A DNA stretch of 64,000 bases from Thiotrichales bacterium (GCA_050329935.1 JBHJOI010000067.1:13359-77358); one strand, 5' to 3'. Positions 48,667-59,968 are shown, counted from the stretch's first letter. Program-made: numbers and translations. The notes: generated by a model from the letters alone, not told the origin.

Positions 48667-50025
48667 ATGTTCGACAGTCTGACCGAACGCCTTTCAGCCA
48701 CCGTCAAACGCCTGCGCGGGCAGGCCCGCCTGACCGAAGACAATATTCAGGACACGCTGCGCGAAGTGCGGATGGCCTTGCTCGAGGCCGATGTCGCGCT
48801 CCCCGTGGTGCGCGATTTGATCGCCAAGATCAAAGAACGCGCGATCGGCGCCGAGGTGCTGACCAGCCTGACGCCGGGCCAGGTGTTCATCAAAATCGTC
48901 AACGACGAGCTGACCGCCTTGATGGGCGAGGCCAATACCGGCATCGCGTTCGATGCGCGGCCACCGGTGGTCATCCTAATGGCCGGCTTGCAGGGATCGG
49001 GCAAGACCACCAGCTCCGCCAAGCTCGCGCGCTGGCTCAAGGAGCGGCACAAAAAATCGGTGATGATGACCAGTTGCGACGTGTCCCGCCCCGCCGCGAT
49101 CCAGCAGTTGGAGACGCTCGCGAAAGAAGTCGGCGTCACCATCTACCCCTCCGCGGTCGGTGACGACCCGGTTGAAATCGCGGCCGAGGCGGTCGCGGCC
49201 GCGCGGGTGCAGCAAAAGGACGTGCTGATCGTCGATACCGCCGGTCGGCTGCACATCGACGCCGAGATGATGGACGAAATCAAGCGCATTCATACGGCGA
49301 TCCGTCCCGGCGAGACCTTCTTCGTGGTCGACAGCATGACCGGCCAGGACGCCGCGAACACGGCCAAGGCCTTCAACGACGCCCTGCCGCTGACCGGCGT
49401 GATCCTCACCAAGGCCGACGGTGACGCCCGTGGCGGCGCCGCGCTCTCGGTGCGCCACATCACCGGCAAACCGATCAAGTTCCTCGGCATGGGCGAAAAG
49501 ACCGCGGCGCTTGAGCTGTTCCACCCTGAGCGCATCGCCTCGCGCATCCTCGGCATGGGCGACATCGTCAGCTTCGTCGAAGAAGCCCATTCGCGTGTCG
49601 ACAAGGAAAAAGCCGAGAAGCTCGCGAAGAAGATCCAGAAGGGCAAGAGCTTCGATCTGGAGGATCTGCGCGAACAATTCCTGCAAATGAGCAAGATGGG
49701 CGGCATGGCCAGCCTGCTCGACAAGCTGCCCGGCGGCGTCAACATCCCCGACGCCGTCAAGAGCCAGGTCAACGACAAACAGTTCGATCGCATGATCGCG
49801 ATCATCAATTCGATGACCCCGAAAGAGCGCCGCACCCCCGATTTGATCAATGGCTCGCGCAAACGGCGCATCGCCGCCGGCTCCGGCACCCAGATCCAGG
49901 ACGTCAACCGCCTGCTCAAGCAGCACCTGCAAATGAGCAAGATGATGAAAAAACTCAAGGGCGGCGGGATGCAGAAACTCATGCGCTCGATGAAAGGCCG
50001 CATGCCGCCGGGAATGCCGTTCTAA
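48667..50025 (+). CDS. ffh: Signal recognition particle protein Ffh
   Basis: NG domain GLQGSGKTT, DTAGR, and a Met-rich M domain at the C-terminus. Confidence 0.95.
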   Translation: MFDSLTERLSATVKRLRGQARLTEDNIQDTLREVRMALLEADVALPVVRDLIAKIKERAIGAEVLTSLTPGQVFIKIVNDELTALMGEANTGIAFDARPPVVILMAGLQGSGKTTSSAKLARWLKERHKKSVMMTSCDVSRPAAIQQLETLAKEVGVTIYPSAVGDDPVEIAAEAVAAARVQQKDVLIVDTAGRLHIDAEMMDEIKRIHTAIRPGETFFVVDSMTGQDAANTAKAFNDALPLTGVILTKADGDARGGAALSVRHITGKPIKFLGMGEKTAALELFHPERIASRILGMGDIVSFVEEAHSRVDKEKAEKLAKKIQKGKSFDLEDLREQFLQMSKMGGMASLLDKLPGGVNIPDAVKSQVNDKQFDRMIAIINSMTPKERRTPDLINGSRKRRIAAGSGTQIQDVNRLLKQHLQMSKMMKKLKGGGMQKLMRSMKGRMPPGMPF

Positions 50026-50076
50026 AGCGTGCCCACACTTGCCAGCGCGCGCCGCCGGGATGAGAATTGGCGCACT

Positions 50077-50149
<73 letters not shown>

Positions 50150-50152
50150 TTC

Positions 50153-50184
50153 AAAAAACCAACCGTTCTCGGTTGGTTTTTTTT
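50153..50184. terminator. Strong bidirectional rho-independent terminator AAAAAACCAACCG-TTCT-CGGTTGGTTTTTTTT
   Basis: 13-bp perfect stem with a tetraloop, flanked by an A-run and a T-run. Lies immediately 3' of the tRNA. Confidence 0.75.
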
Positions 50185-50189
50185 GCCTG

Positions 50190-51029
50190 TTCCCCCCCGT
50201 GTTGGCGAGGGTTCGAGCCTTGCCGCGACGGACGTCGTCGCTCCGGACAGCCCCGTTGCGGGCGGGTTTTCTTTTTCAGTTCCCGCATTGGGTGTGCTGG
50301 TTCGTCATCTCTCAGGTGGGTGCGGGTCATCGAATGCTTGATCAGGTCGTAGCAACCAGCATCCGTGATGACCTTGACGACGTCAGCCTTGGTTTTCCAA
50401 ATGTACGGGTTCTCGATGGTGAAAGGCCCGCCCGCCACCAGCGAGACGATGTCCTGGAAGCCCTTTATCACCCCTGGGATGCGTCGTCCGGGGGGCGCGG
50501 CCACCGACCACTTGGGCGCACACCGGCAGGTTCAGGCTGATCACGCCGTTCTCGTTGAAGCGCACCCTCTGGAAGTTGAGCATCCGGCCAATCGTCGCGT
50601 CGATGGAGACATACAGGAATGACCGGCTGCGCTGGGTGTACTCGTGGTTCAACTCTTTGGTCTTGTGGACCTGAACGGTATTGCGGTGCGGCACGTTGTC
50701 GCCGGTTTTCTGCGCCAGCATCTTTTCCAGGGTGCGGTGACGTTTTTTTGCTCATAGCCTGCGAATCCGTCCGAAGATTTTCTATAAATATCAACGCCAT
50801 AATGAACCCGGTGCTGTGAGAAACACTCGGTTGAAAACTTCTCGACGATGACCGACGCCTCTCGGGTATGCGTTTCCAGCGCCGCATTGAACTGGGCGGA
50901 CTGATTCATCGTCGCAAAGCGCATTCCATTGCCAAGTTGCGTGTTGACGACCTTGCTCAGGAAATACTGGAGCCCCTCATTGGCAAGCGTGCTCGATTCT
51001 GCGTAAATCAAAATATCACCCATTAACAC
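50190..51029 (-). pseudogene. Degraded gene split across three reading frames (51029-50760, 50721-50383, 50504-50190). Fragments resemble the middle and C-terminal regions of QueC-family PP-loop ATPases.
   Basis: Fragment C: FQDIVSLVAGGPFTIENPYIWKTKADVVKVI, compare E. coli QueC [31 protein letters not shown]. Fragment B has VPHRN, compare QueC VPGRN. The three fragments are collinear on the minus strand. Confidence 0.4.
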
Positions 51030-51075
51030 CCATTCCGACGCTGCGTGGCTTCAAAATGGGCGTTAATGGGTGTGG
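51018..51075. promoter_or_regulatory. 18-bp inverted repeat CACCCATTAACACCCATT / AATGGGCGTTAATGGGTG (one mismatch) with a 22-bp spacer, in the divergent region upstream of fic
   Basis: Seen directly. Overlaps the first in-frame ATG of the fic ORF. Confidence 0.4.
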
Positions 51076-51085
51076 TTTTGGTTGC

Positions 51086-52135
51086 ATGCTACGTTCAGAC
51101 ACCCTCCAGATCACCCCCGAGATCCTGAGCCTGATTGCCCGGATCGACGAATTCAAAGGCGCATGGCGGGCCTTGGGAACGCTCGCGCCCGAGCGTCTTT
51201 CAGCGCTGCGGCGGGTTACGACCATTGAAAGCATCGGCTCGTCCACCCGTATCGAGGGCAGCAAGCTGACTGACCGAGAAGTGGAGCGCCTACTCTCCAA
51301 CCTGGCCGTTCAGTCCTTCGACACCCGCGACGAGCAGGAGGTAGCCCGTTACGCCGAGTTGATCGATCTGGTGTTCAGCGCGTGGCAGGACATCCCGTTC
51401 AACGAGAACCACATCAAGCAACTGCACCAGATCCTGCGGCGCCACAGCGAAAAGGATGCGCGCCACCGGGGACAGTACAAGACCCATTCGAACAGCGTCG
51501 CCGCCTTCGATGAAAACGGAACTCAGATCGGGATCGTCTTCGAGACCGCCACGCCGTTTGACACGCCACGGTTGATGGCCGAATTGGCGTCGTGGGTGAA
51601 TGACGAGCGGGAGAAGGGGCATCTGCACCCCTTGTTGATCATTGCGATCTTCGTGGTGGTGTTTCTGGAAATTCACCCCTTTCAGGATGGCAACGGGCGT
51701 TTGAGCCGGGTACTGACGACCCTGCTGCTGATCCAGTCCGGTTACGCCTATGTGCCGTACTGCTCGCTGGAGAGTGTGATCGAGCTGAACAAGGAAGCCT
51801 ATTACTCGGCCCTGCGCCAGACACAGGGCACCATCCGCGCGGAGGCTCCCAACTGGCAGCCTTGGCTGGTGTTCTTCTTGCGTTCGCTGACCGAGCAGGT
51901 TCGGCGTTTGGAGAAGAAGGTCAAGCGCGAAAAGATCGTGCTGGCCGCACTGCCCGCGTTGTCACTGCAGATCGTGGAATTTGCCCGAGAGCACGGGCGC
52001 GTCACGATGATGGATGCCGTAAAACTGACCGGAGCCAGCCGCAACACCTTGAAGCAACACTTCCGCGACCTGACCGAGCGCAACCATCTGGAGCAGCACG
52101 GCAGCGGACGCGGTGTGTGGTACGGGCTGAAGTAA
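51086..52135 (+). CDS. Fic family protein (Fido domain, HPFQDGNGRLSR motif) with a C-terminal winged-helix domain
   Basis: Canonical Fic motif HxFx(D/E)GNGRxxR. Start could be 51056 or 51086. Confidence 0.8.
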   Translation: MLRSDTLQITPEILSLIARIDEFKGAWRALGTLAPERLSALRRVTTIESIGSSTRIEGSKLTDREVERLLSNLAVQSFDTRDEQEVARYAELIDLVFSAWQDIPFNENHIKQLHQILRRHSEKDARHRGQYKTHSNSVAAFDENGTQIGIVFETATPFDTPRLMAELASWVNDEREKGHLHPLLIIAIFVVVFLEIHPFQDGNGRLSRVLTTLLLIQSGYAYVPYCSLESVIELNKEAYYSALRQTQGTIRAEAPNWQPWLVFFLRSLTEQVRRLEKKVKREKIVLAALPALSLQIVEFAREHGRVTMMDAVKLTGASRNTLKQHFRDLTERNHLEQHGSGRGVWYGLK

Positions 52136-52441
52136 CGCAGTCGGGTTTTGGGAATCGAACTGGCGTCCGCAGCGCGCGACCTGGCAGCTCAAACCACGCT
52201 ATACCTGAGACCGAGGTCATGCTTGCTCTCGGACCTGGCAAGGCGATGGCTAGCTTTGTTGTCAACGACGATTCCCGAGAACGTGCTTCCCAGTAACGTC
52301 ATCCGCTTCGGATCGTGGCCGCTGGCACTTCTGGTTTGGCGGGTGAGAAATGCCGAGGCCGGCGCTTGGCGTTCGACGTGAGGCGTGTTTTGCACTTCGG
52401 AGTCCGACTTTCGGCGAACTTGCCTTATTCTTGTCGATGTT

Positions 52442-53911
52442 ATGACCCTAGATTTCGCCACCCTCGATGCCCTGCGCACGCACCATCCCGCGTGGCGATT
52501 GTTGCGTTCTGACCATGCCGCATTGGTGGCGAGTTTTTTGCATCGGGTTTTCGTGGCACCCAACGTGCGGGTAATGGCGGCGGCCGATCTTGCCGAGCTG
52601 CTAGAAGACGAGCTGTATGCGCTGCGCTTGCAACTGGGCGAGGCGGCGTTTCCGAAACCCGCGCTGGAGTACCTGAACGATTGGGCCGCGGCGGACAAGG
52701 GCTGGCTGCGCAAGTTCTACAAGCCCGGCACCGATGAGGCGCAGTTCGATCTGACGCCGGCCACCGAGAAGGCGATCGCCTGGTTGTTGCAACTTGCCGA
52801 GCGCCAGTTCGTGGGCACCGAGTCGCGGTTGCTCACCTTGTTTGCCTTGCTGAAACAAATGAGCGAGGGCAGCGAGACTGATCCGGAAAAGCGTATCGCC
52901 GAGCTGCACCGCAAGCGCGGCGAACTGGACGCCGAGATCGCGCGGGTGCTGGCTGGCGATGCGCCGCTACTGGACGATACGGCGCTGAAGGACCGGTTCC
53001 AGCAATTCATGCAGGGTGCGCGCGAGTTGCTCACCGACTTTCGCGAGGTGGAGCACAACTTCCGCCAGCTCGATCGGAGCGTGCGTGAACGCATCGCGTT
53101 GTGGGAGGGGAGCAAGGGCGAGTTGCTTGAAGAGATCATGGGCGAGCGCGACGCGATCGCCGATTCCGACCAAGGCAAGAGTTTCCGTGCGTTCTGGGAC
53201 TTTTTGTTGTCCAGCCGTCGCCAGGAGGAGCTGAGCGCGTTGTTGGAGCGGGTGCTGACCTTGCCGGCCGTGGCTGCGTTGCGACCGGATGCCCGCACTC
53301 GCCGCGCGCACTACGATTGGATGGAGGCGGGTGAGCACACCCAGCGCACCGTGGCGGCCTTGTCCCAGCAGTTGCGTCGCTTTCTCGATGATCAGGCCTG
53401 GTTGGAGAACCGGCGCATCATGGACATTTTGCATGGCATCGAGAGCAAGGCGCTGGCGTTGCGAGCATCACCACCTACCGGCATGGTGATGGAAATGGCG
53501 GAGTCGTGTGCCGACGTCGAGTTGGCGATGGAGCGACCCTTGTTCACGCCAGCGGTGAAACCCGTGATCAATAGTCTGATTTTGCCGGCGGGGGACGCGG
53601 ACATCGATCCGTCGGCCCTGTTCGACCAAGTGGTGGTGGACAAGGCACGGCTGACCCGCCATATCCGCCGCGCTTTGCAGGACAAGGCCCAAGTCACGCT
53701 GCGCGAGTTGGTGGCTACCCAGCCGCTACGGCATGGCCTGGCCGAGTTGGTCGCCTATCTGCAACTCGGCAGCGACAGCTTCAACGCGGTGATGGACGAG
53801 GACTCACCCGAGTCCGTGCACTGGCAGGCCCGGGCGGCGACTGGTGAACCCGTGACCCGATCCGCGCGGCTGCCCCGGGTGATCTTCATGCGCGGATCCG
53901 GAACAACTTGA
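52442..53911 (+). CDS. jetA: Wadjet JetA-like (DUF3375 / MukF-like kleisin) protein
   Basis: About 490 aa, first gene of a four-gene operon with the JetABCD size profile. Family call from architecture and recollection. Alternative start at 52385. Confidence 0.75.
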   Translation: MTLDFATLDALRTHHPAWRLLRSDHAALVASFLHRVFVAPNVRVMAAADLAELLEDELYALRLQLGEAAFPKPALEYLNDWAAADKGWLRKFYKPGTDEAQFDLTPATEKAIAWLLQLAERQFVGTESRLLTLFALLKQMSEGSETDPEKRIAELHRKRGELDAEIARVLAGDAPLLDDTALKDRFQQFMQGARELLTDFREVEHNFRQLDRSVRERIALWEGSKGELLEEIMGERDAIADSDQGKSFRAFWDFLLSSRRQEELSALLERVLTLPAVAALRPDARTRRAHYDWMEAGEHTQRTVAALSQQLRRFLDDQAWLENRRIMDILHGIESKALALRASPPTGMVMEMAESCADVELAMERPLFTPAVKPVINSLILPAGDADIDPSALFDQVVVDKARLTRHIRRALQDKAQVTLRELVATQPLRHGLAELVAYLQLGSDSFNAVMDEDSPESVHWQARAATGEPVTRSARLPRVIFMRGSGTT

Positions 53912-53930
53912 ATCGAGTATTTGAAGTCGG

Positions 53931-54626
53931 ATGAAACAAGCGTTCACCATCGAGCCGGCGACGACGGCGCCAACGCCTGATCTGTCGGTGCTGTTGATCG
54001 GTTTGCTCAAAGGCGTGCTCTACCGTGAGAGCGATGAGCGCCAATGGGCGGCATTGCTGAATTTGCAGGCGCGGGTACGGGATTTCGTCGCGGTGCTCAA
54101 TCTGGATTTGATCCTGGACGAGGCCGAGGGGTATGCCTTTCTGAAAGGTCGTCCCGAGCCGGCCGCGGACGATCCGGCGCCGCGACTGCCGCGCCTGGTT
54201 GCCCGCCGACCCTTGTCGTTTCCGGTGAGTTTGTTGTTGGCCTTGCTACGCAAGAAGCTGGCCGAGTTCGACGCGGGCGGCGGCGACACTCGGTTGGTGC
54301 TCACCCGCGACGAGATTGTCGATCTGGTGCGGGTGTTTCTGCCCGTGGGTCCCAACGAGGCCCGGTTGATTGATCAAATCGAGTCCACGATTAACAAGGT
54401 CGCCGAACTCGGCTTCCTGCACAAACTCAAACCCGCCGGCGGGGCCTCGGGGCCGCCGAGTTACGAAGTCCGACGCATCCTTAAGGCGTTTGTCGATGCG
54501 CAATGGTTGGCCGAATTCGATGCTCGACTGGCGGTGTATCGGTCCGCGCTGTCGGACCTGGTCGGTGGCCAGTCGGCGTCGCCGAGGGCGGGTGAAGAGG
54601 CCGCGGCGAGCGAGGTCGCGCCATGA
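53931..54626 (+). CDS. jetB: Wadjet JetB-like (DUF4194 / MukE-like) protein, 231 aa
   Basis: Size and position between jetA and the SMC-like ATPase. 4-bp overlap with jetC. Confidence 0.7.
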   Translation: MKQAFTIEPATTAPTPDLSVLLIGLLKGVLYRESDERQWAALLNLQARVRDFVAVLNLDLILDEAEGYAFLKGRPEPAADDPAPRLPRLVARRPLSFPVSLLLALLRKKLAEFDAGGGDTRLVLTRDEIVDLVRVFLPVGPNEARLIDQIESTINKVAELGFLHKLKPAGGASGPPSYEVRRILKAFVDAQWLAEFDARLAVYRSALSDLVGGQSASPRAGEEAAASEVAP

Positions 54627-57600
54627 GTGAGTCGCAATCCCTCGCGCTGGACTTCTTAGCCGACGACGCGTTGTCGGGGTTTCGATTGACGCGTCTGGAA
54701 GCATTCAACTGGGGCACGTTCGACGGCCAGGTATGGACGCTGCAACTTGACGGCAAGAATGGTTTGCTGACTGGCGACATCGGTTCCGGTAAATCCACCC
54801 TGGTCGACGCGATCACCACGCTGCTGGTGCCGGCCAATCGGATCGCGTACAACAAGGCCGCCGGCGCGGACAGCAAGGAGCGCAGCCTGCGTTCCTACGT
54901 GTTGGGGCACTACAAATCCGAGCGCAACGAAGTCACCGGCGCGGCCAAGCCTGTGTCGTTGCGCGACCACAACAGCTACTCGGTCGTACTGGGCGTGTTT
55001 CATAACGCCGGTTACGACCAGACGGTGAGTCTGGCGCAGGTGTTCTGGATGAAGGATCCACAGGGACAGCCGGCGCGCTTTTTTCTCGGGGTGGAACGCG
55101 AATTGTCGATTTCGGTCGATTTCGCCAATTTCGGCGCCGACATCGCCACGTTGCGCAAAAAACTGCGGGCGCTGGGGGCCGATCTGCACGACAGTTTTCC
55201 ACCTTACGCCGCCTGGTTTCGCCGTCGCTTCGGCATCGAGAACGATCAGGCGCTCGAGTTGTTCCACCAGACGGTGTCGATGAAATCGGTGGGCAATCTG
55301 ACCGATTTCGTCCGCAGCCACATGCTGGAGCCGTTCGAGGTCGCCCCGCGCATTCAGGCGCTGATCGGCCATTTCGATGATCTCAACCGCGCGCATCAGG
55401 CGGTGCTCAAGGCGCAGCGGCAAGTGGAACTGCTGACGCCGCTGGTGGCTGACTGTGCTCGTCACGCCGAACTGGTGGCGGAAGTGAACCACTTGCGCCA
55501 CTGTCGCGAAAGTCTGCGCGCGCACTTCGCCCGCCTGAAGTTGGCGTTGCTCGACAAACGCCTCGGCTTGCTGGAGGACGAATGGCACAAGGCCGATGGG
55601 CAGGCGCGGCGGCTGGAGCTCGCGCGCGAGACACAAGACCAGCAAGTCGATGCGCTGAAGCAGGCCATCAGCGACAACGGCGGCGATCGCCTGGAACGGC
55701 TCGCCGCCGAGATCCGCGTCAAGGAACACCTGCGGGATGCACGCCAGTCCAAGGCCGCGCGGTATGTCGAACTCGCGGCCATGCTCGGCGAACCCAATGC
55801 GGCGGACGTTGCCGCGTTCTCCGCGCAGCGGGCGCGCTTCAAGGGTTGGCGTGAGACGCTTCGCAATCGCGATGCCGATTTGCAAAACGCACTGACGGAG
55901 CACAGCGTGAGTCTGCGCCAGGGCAAGCTGGAGCATGACCAACTCAGCGCCGAGATCGGCAGCCTCAAGCGCCGGCGTAGCAATATCGACGACCAACAAA
56001 TCCAGATTCGCACCGCGCTGTGCGCCGCATTGCGGATGGACGCCGATGACATGCCATTCGTTGGCGAGTTGATCCAGGTCCGCGAGGATGAGCGCGATTG
56101 GGAAGGTGCGGCCGAACGTCTGCTGCGAGGCTTCGGCCTGGCGTTGCTGGTGCCGGACGAGCACTACCCGCGCGTGGCCGAGTGGGTGGATGCCAGCCGT
56201 TTGCGCGGGCGTCTGGTGTATTTCCATGTGCGTCCCCGTAAGGCGGCGGAATTGCCCGGACTGCATCGGGATTCACTGGTACGCAAGCTCGCCATCAAGC
56301 CGGATACGTCCCATTACGACTGGCTGGAGCGTGAGCTTGCGCACCGTTTCGATGTCGCGTGCTGCGCGACGCAAGCGCAGTTCCGCCGCGAAACGCGCGC
56401 CATCACCCGCGCGGGCCAGATCAAGGACCCCAGCGGCCGGCACGAGAAAGACGATCGCCACCGCATCGACGACCGCGGCCGCTACGTGCTCGGCTGGAGC
56501 AACAGCGCCAAGATCGCCGCGCTGGAGGGCAAACTTCGCCAGCTTGAGCACCGCTTGGGCGAACTCGGAAGCCAGATCGGGGCGATCGAGGCCGAGCGCG
56601 GCGGACTCCAGAGTCGGCTCGACGCACTCACGCGCCTGGAGGAGTTCACGACCTTCGACGAACTCGACTGGCCGAGTGTGGCGGCGGCCATTGCCGCGCT
56701 CGAAGACGAGCGCCGGCAGTTGGAATCAGCCTCCGACATCCTCAAGCAATTAAATGAACGCCTGCGGGAACTGCGTCAAACGCTACGGGATACCGAAACC
56801 GAACTACGCACCGCGCGTGACAAGCGCGCCAAGGTGGAGCAGCGACGCTCGGATGCGCGTGAACTGCGTCAGCAGACCGCCGCGCTGATCCCGGACGTGG
56901 CCGTGGACAACGCGCTGTCAGCGACGCTGGAAGCCCTGCGCGCCGAGGCCCTGGGCGAGCATCAATTGACCGTCGAATCCTGCGATCACCGCGAGCAGGA
57001 CGTGCGCGCCTTTGTACAGGCGCGGATCGACGCGGAGGATGCGCGGCTCAAGCGCCTGGCCGAAAAGATCATCAAGGCGATGGCGTCGTTCAAGGACGCG
57101 TTCAAACTCGAAACGGCCGAGATCGACGCCAGCCTCGAAGCGGCCTTCGAGTATGAGAATCTGCTCACGCAGTTGAATCGCGATGACCTGCCGCGTTTCG
57201 TGGCACGCTTCAAGGAGCTGCTGAACGTCAACACGATCAACGAAATCGCGAACTTCAATGCACAGCTGGCGCGCGAGCGCGAAACTATCAAGGAGCGAAT
57301 CGCGCACATCAACAAGTCCCTCGGCGAGATCGATTACAACCCGGGCCGCTACATCGTGCTGGAATCACAAGCGAGCCCCGACGCCGAGATCCGTGATTTT
57401 CAGCAGGATCTACGCAGCTGCACCGAAGGCGCGGTCACGGGTTCCGAGGATGTGCAGTATTCGGAGGCCAAGTTTCTGCAAGTCAAATCCATCATCGATC
57501 GGTTTCGCGGCCGCGAGGGCTTGTCCGAGCAGGATCGACGCTGGACCGCGAAGGTCACCGACGTGCGCAACTGGTTTCTGTTCGCCGCCAGCGAGCGGTG

Positions 57601-58015
57601 GCGCGAGGACAACACCGAGCACGAACATTATTCCGACTCGGGCGGCAAATCGGGTGGGCAGAAAGAGAAACTGGCCTACACCATCCTCGCCGCTAGCCTG
57701 GCCTACCAGTTTGGCCTGGAGTGGGGCGCGGTGCGTTCGCGTTCGTTCCGATTCGTCGTCATCGACGAGGCGTTTGGCCGGGGCTCGGATGAGTCCGCTC
57801 AGTACGGCTTGAAGCTGTTCCGGCAACTCAACCTGCAATTGCTGATCGTCACGCCGCTGCAGAAGATCCACATCATCGAGCCGTTTGTATCCAGTGTCGG
57901 CTTCGTGCACAACGAGGGCGGTCGCGCGTCCAAACTGCGCAACCTGTCCATCGAGGAGTATCGGGCACAGAAGTCGGCCATCACCTCGCGGGCGACACCG
58001 GTGGTCATGCGGTGA
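54623..58015 (+). CDS. jetC: Wadjet JetC-like SMC/MukB-like ABC ATPase (1130 aa)
   Basis: N-terminal Walker [15 protein letters not shown], a long coiled-coil middle, C-terminal signature/Walker [14 protein letters not shown]. Confidence 0.85.
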   Translation: MSESQSLALDFLADDALSGFRLTRLEAFNWGTFDGQVWTLQLDGKNGLLTGDIGSGKSTLVDAITTLLVPANRIAYNKAAGADSKERSLRSYVLGHYKSERNEVTGAAKPVSLRDHNSYSVVLGVFHNAGYDQTVSLAQVFWMKDPQGQPARFFLGVERELSISVDFANFGADIATLRKKLRALGADLHDSFPPYAAWFRRRFGIENDQALELFHQTVSMKSVGNLTDFVRSHMLEPFEVAPRIQALIGHFDDLNRAHQAVLKAQRQVELLTPLVADCARHAELVAEVNHLRHCRESLRAHFARLKLALLDKRLGLLEDEWHKADGQARRLELARETQDQQVDALKQAISDNGGDRLERLAAEIRVKEHLRDARQSKAARYVELAAMLGEPNAADVAAFSAQRARFKGWRETLRNRDADLQNALTEHSVSLRQGKLEHDQLSAEIGSLKRRRSNIDDQQIQIRTALCAALRMDADDMPFVGELIQVREDERDWEGAAERLLRGFGLALLVPDEHYPRVAEWVDASRLRGRLVYFHVRPRKAAELPGLHRDSLVRKLAIKPDTSHYDWLERELAHRFDVACCATQAQFRRETRAITRAGQIKDPSGRHEKDDRHRIDDRGRYVLGWSNSAKIAALEGKLRQLEHRLGELGSQIGAIEAERGGLQSRLDALTRLEEFTTFDELDWPSVAAAIAALEDERRQLESASDILKQLNERLRELRQTLRDTETELRTARDKRAKVEQRRSDARELRQQTAALIPDVAVDNALSATLEALRAEALGEHQLTVESCDHREQDVRAFVQARIDAEDARLKRLAEKIIKAMASFKDAFKLETAEIDASLEAAFEYENLLTQLNRDDLPRFVARFKELLNVNTINEIANFNAQLARERETIKERIAHINKSLGEIDYNPGRYIVLESQASPDAEIRDFQQDLRSCTEGAVTGSEDVQYSEAKFLQVKSIIDRFRGREGLSEQDRRWTAKVTDVRNWFLFAASERWREDNTEHEHYSDSGGKSGGQKEKLAYTILAASLAYQFGLEWGAVRSRSFRFVVIDEAFGRGSDESAQYGLKLFRQLNLQLLIVTPLQKIHIIEPFVSSVGFVHNEGGRASKLRNLSIEEYRAQKSAITSRATPVVMR

Positions 58016-59190
58016 CCTGGACCACGCCCCGGGAACTCAAGGCACAGCTCGCGCGACTGTGGACGCGGGGGGAATTGCTGCGCGACGTCGTGACCGGAAA
58101 CACGCGCTTCCCATTGCGGCTGACTTGCAAGGGTCCAGGCTCGGCGGACATCACGGATCGTTTCGATCGGGTGCGCGCGTGGGCAACGGAGCTGGCGAGC
58201 GCCGCCCCGTTGCGGGTGGAGTGGCAGGACGTGCGTCACCGGGTTCAAGGCGCGCAACGCTTGCCGAGTAGCGTTTGGATCGACTCGGCGGAGCGCGCGG
58301 TCGCATGGCTCGGGAAACTGCGCGACTGGGAACGCTTTGCCAACCAGGTCGAGCAGACGCGGCAACTTGAACCCTTGCTATTGCCCTGGCTCGCGAAGCG
58401 TCCCCTGCAAGCACTGGAACGGGTCGACGAGTGGCCGCGTCTGATGGCGGTGGTGGACTGGCTCAAGCGCCATCCGCGGCCGGATATCTATTTGCGTCAA
58501 GTCGAATTGCCCGGCGTGCACAGCAAATTCATCGAGGCTCATCGCGCGGTGTTGAGCGAGTTGCTCGACCTGGCCTTGCCCGCCGCCTGCGTGGATGCCG
58601 CGAAAACCGGGGCCAGCCAGTTTGCGGCCCGATACGGCTTTCGCGAGAAGCCCGCTCGGATTCGCTTCCGAATACTCGACCCAGGGATTCCATGCGTGCC
58701 GGGTGCCCCCTGTCCCGATCTCACGCTCGACGCCGAGAGCTTTAGCCGGCTCGCGCTCGAGGTTCAGCGGGTGCTGATCACCGAGAATGAAACCAACTTT
58801 CTCGCGTTGCCCAACGTCACCGGAGCGATCGCCATCTTCGGGGCTGGATACGGTTGGGATACCTTGGCGCGAGCCCGCTGGCTGACGCGGTGCGCGATCC
58901 ACTATTGGGGCGATATCGATACCCACGGGTTCGCGATCCTGGATCAATTGCGAGGTCATTTTGGCCACGTCAGATCGCTGTTGATGGACCGCGCCACCCT
59001 GGAGGCGCATGCGGCCAGTTGGGGAATCGAAGATCGGCCGCTGCGCGTCGATTTGCATCGGTTGACGCCGGAGGAACTCGATTTGTACGACGAACTGCGC
59101 GACAACCGCATCCGCAAGGGGCTGCGGTTGGAGCAGGAACACCTCGGCTTTGGCTGGGTACGCGACCGGCTCGATCGGCTATCGTGGTGA
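58012..59190 (+). CDS. jetD: Wadjet JetD-like (DUF2220, topoisomerase VI-A-like Toprim nuclease) protein, 392 aa
   Basis: Toprim-like [13 protein letters not shown] motif near the C-terminus. 4-bp overlap with jetC. Confidence 0.8.
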   Translation: MTWTTPRELKAQLARLWTRGELLRDVVTGNTRFPLRLTCKGPGSADITDRFDRVRAWATELASAAPLRVEWQDVRHRVQGAQRLPSSVWIDSAERAVAWLGKLRDWERFANQVEQTRQLEPLLLPWLAKRPLQALERVDEWPRLMAVVDWLKRHPRPDIYLRQVELPGVHSKFIEAHRAVLSELLDLALPAACVDAAKTGASQFAARYGFREKPARIRFRILDPGIPCVPGAPCPDLTLDAESFSRLALEVQRVLITENETNFLALPNVTGAIAIFGAGYGWDTLARARWLTRCAIHYWGDIDTHGFAILDQLRGHFGHVRSLLMDRATLEAHAASWGIEDRPLRVDLHRLTPEELDLYDELRDNRIRKGLRLEQEHLGFGWVRDRLDRLSW

Positions 59191-59242
59191 GCCAGGCTGT
59201 AACCGACCGTGACACGGCATGAAAGTCAGGCGGTCGCGTGAG

Positions 59243-59968
59243 TCAATACGCGCGAATCCAGGCGATGATGAACGGCACGAGTAGGGCGGTCGCAACGCCA
59301 TTGAGGCCCATCGCCAGCGCCGCGAATGCGCCCGCGACCTCGCTGACCTGGAACGCGCGCGCCGTACCGATGCCGTGCGCGGCGACACCGAGCGCGAAAC
59401 CGCGTATGGCGGGATCTTCGACCCGGATCGCGTTGAGTAGCGGACGCGCAAGCACCGCGCCGATGATGCCGGTGCTGATGACGAGCACGGCCGTGAGTGA
59501 CGGCAAGCCACCGATTTTCTCCGTGATACCCATCGCGATTGGGGTGGTCACGGATTTTGGCGCCAGTGACATGACCGTCGCGGGCGCGGCGCCGAGGGCC
59601 CAGCCGATTGCCAGCGCGGAGACGATCGCGGTCAGCGCGCCGGCGATCAGCGCGATCAGTAGCGGTATCAGCATTGCCCGCAATCGCGCCATTTGCGCGT
59701 AGAGCGGAATCGCCAGCGCAACCGTGGCGGGTCCGAGCAGAAAATGTACGAATTGAGCGCCGTCGAAATACGTTTTATAAGGCGTGCCGGTCACCAGCAA
59801 AACCAACAATACAATGGTCACGGCAATCGCAACCGGATTGGCCAGCGGGTTCATGCCGGAACGAGAGTAAAGCCAGAACGCCGCTTGATAGGCCAACAAT
59901 GTCAAGGTCAACCCTAGCAGCGGGGTCGTCGACAGATAAACCCATATTTGATCGATTGGCATCGGCAT
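59243..59968 (-). CDS. lrgB: LrgB/CidB family membrane protein
   Basis: Polytopic membrane protein directly after the lrgA-like gene. Classic two-gene arrangement. Confidence 0.7.
   Translation of the reverse strand: MPMPIDQIWVYLSTTPLLGLTLTLLAYQAAFWLYSRSGMNPLANPVAIAVTIVLLVLLVTGTPYKTYFDGAQFVHFLLGPATVALAIPLYAQMARLRAMLIPLLIALIAGALTAIVSALAIGWALGAAPATVMSLAPKSVTTPIAMGITEKIGGLPSLTAVLVISTGIIGAVLARPLLNAIRVEDPAIRGFALGVAAHGIGTARAFQVSEVAGAFAALAMGLNGVATALLVPFIIAWIRAY

Noticed and set aside
54656-56266. 536-aa minus-strand ORF inside jetC (and 58378-59142 inside jetD, 27774-28730 inside argD, 48129-49163 across ypjD/ffh)
   Set aside because: Antisense ORFs inside strongly supported genes. They are Arg/Gly-rich with no motifs.
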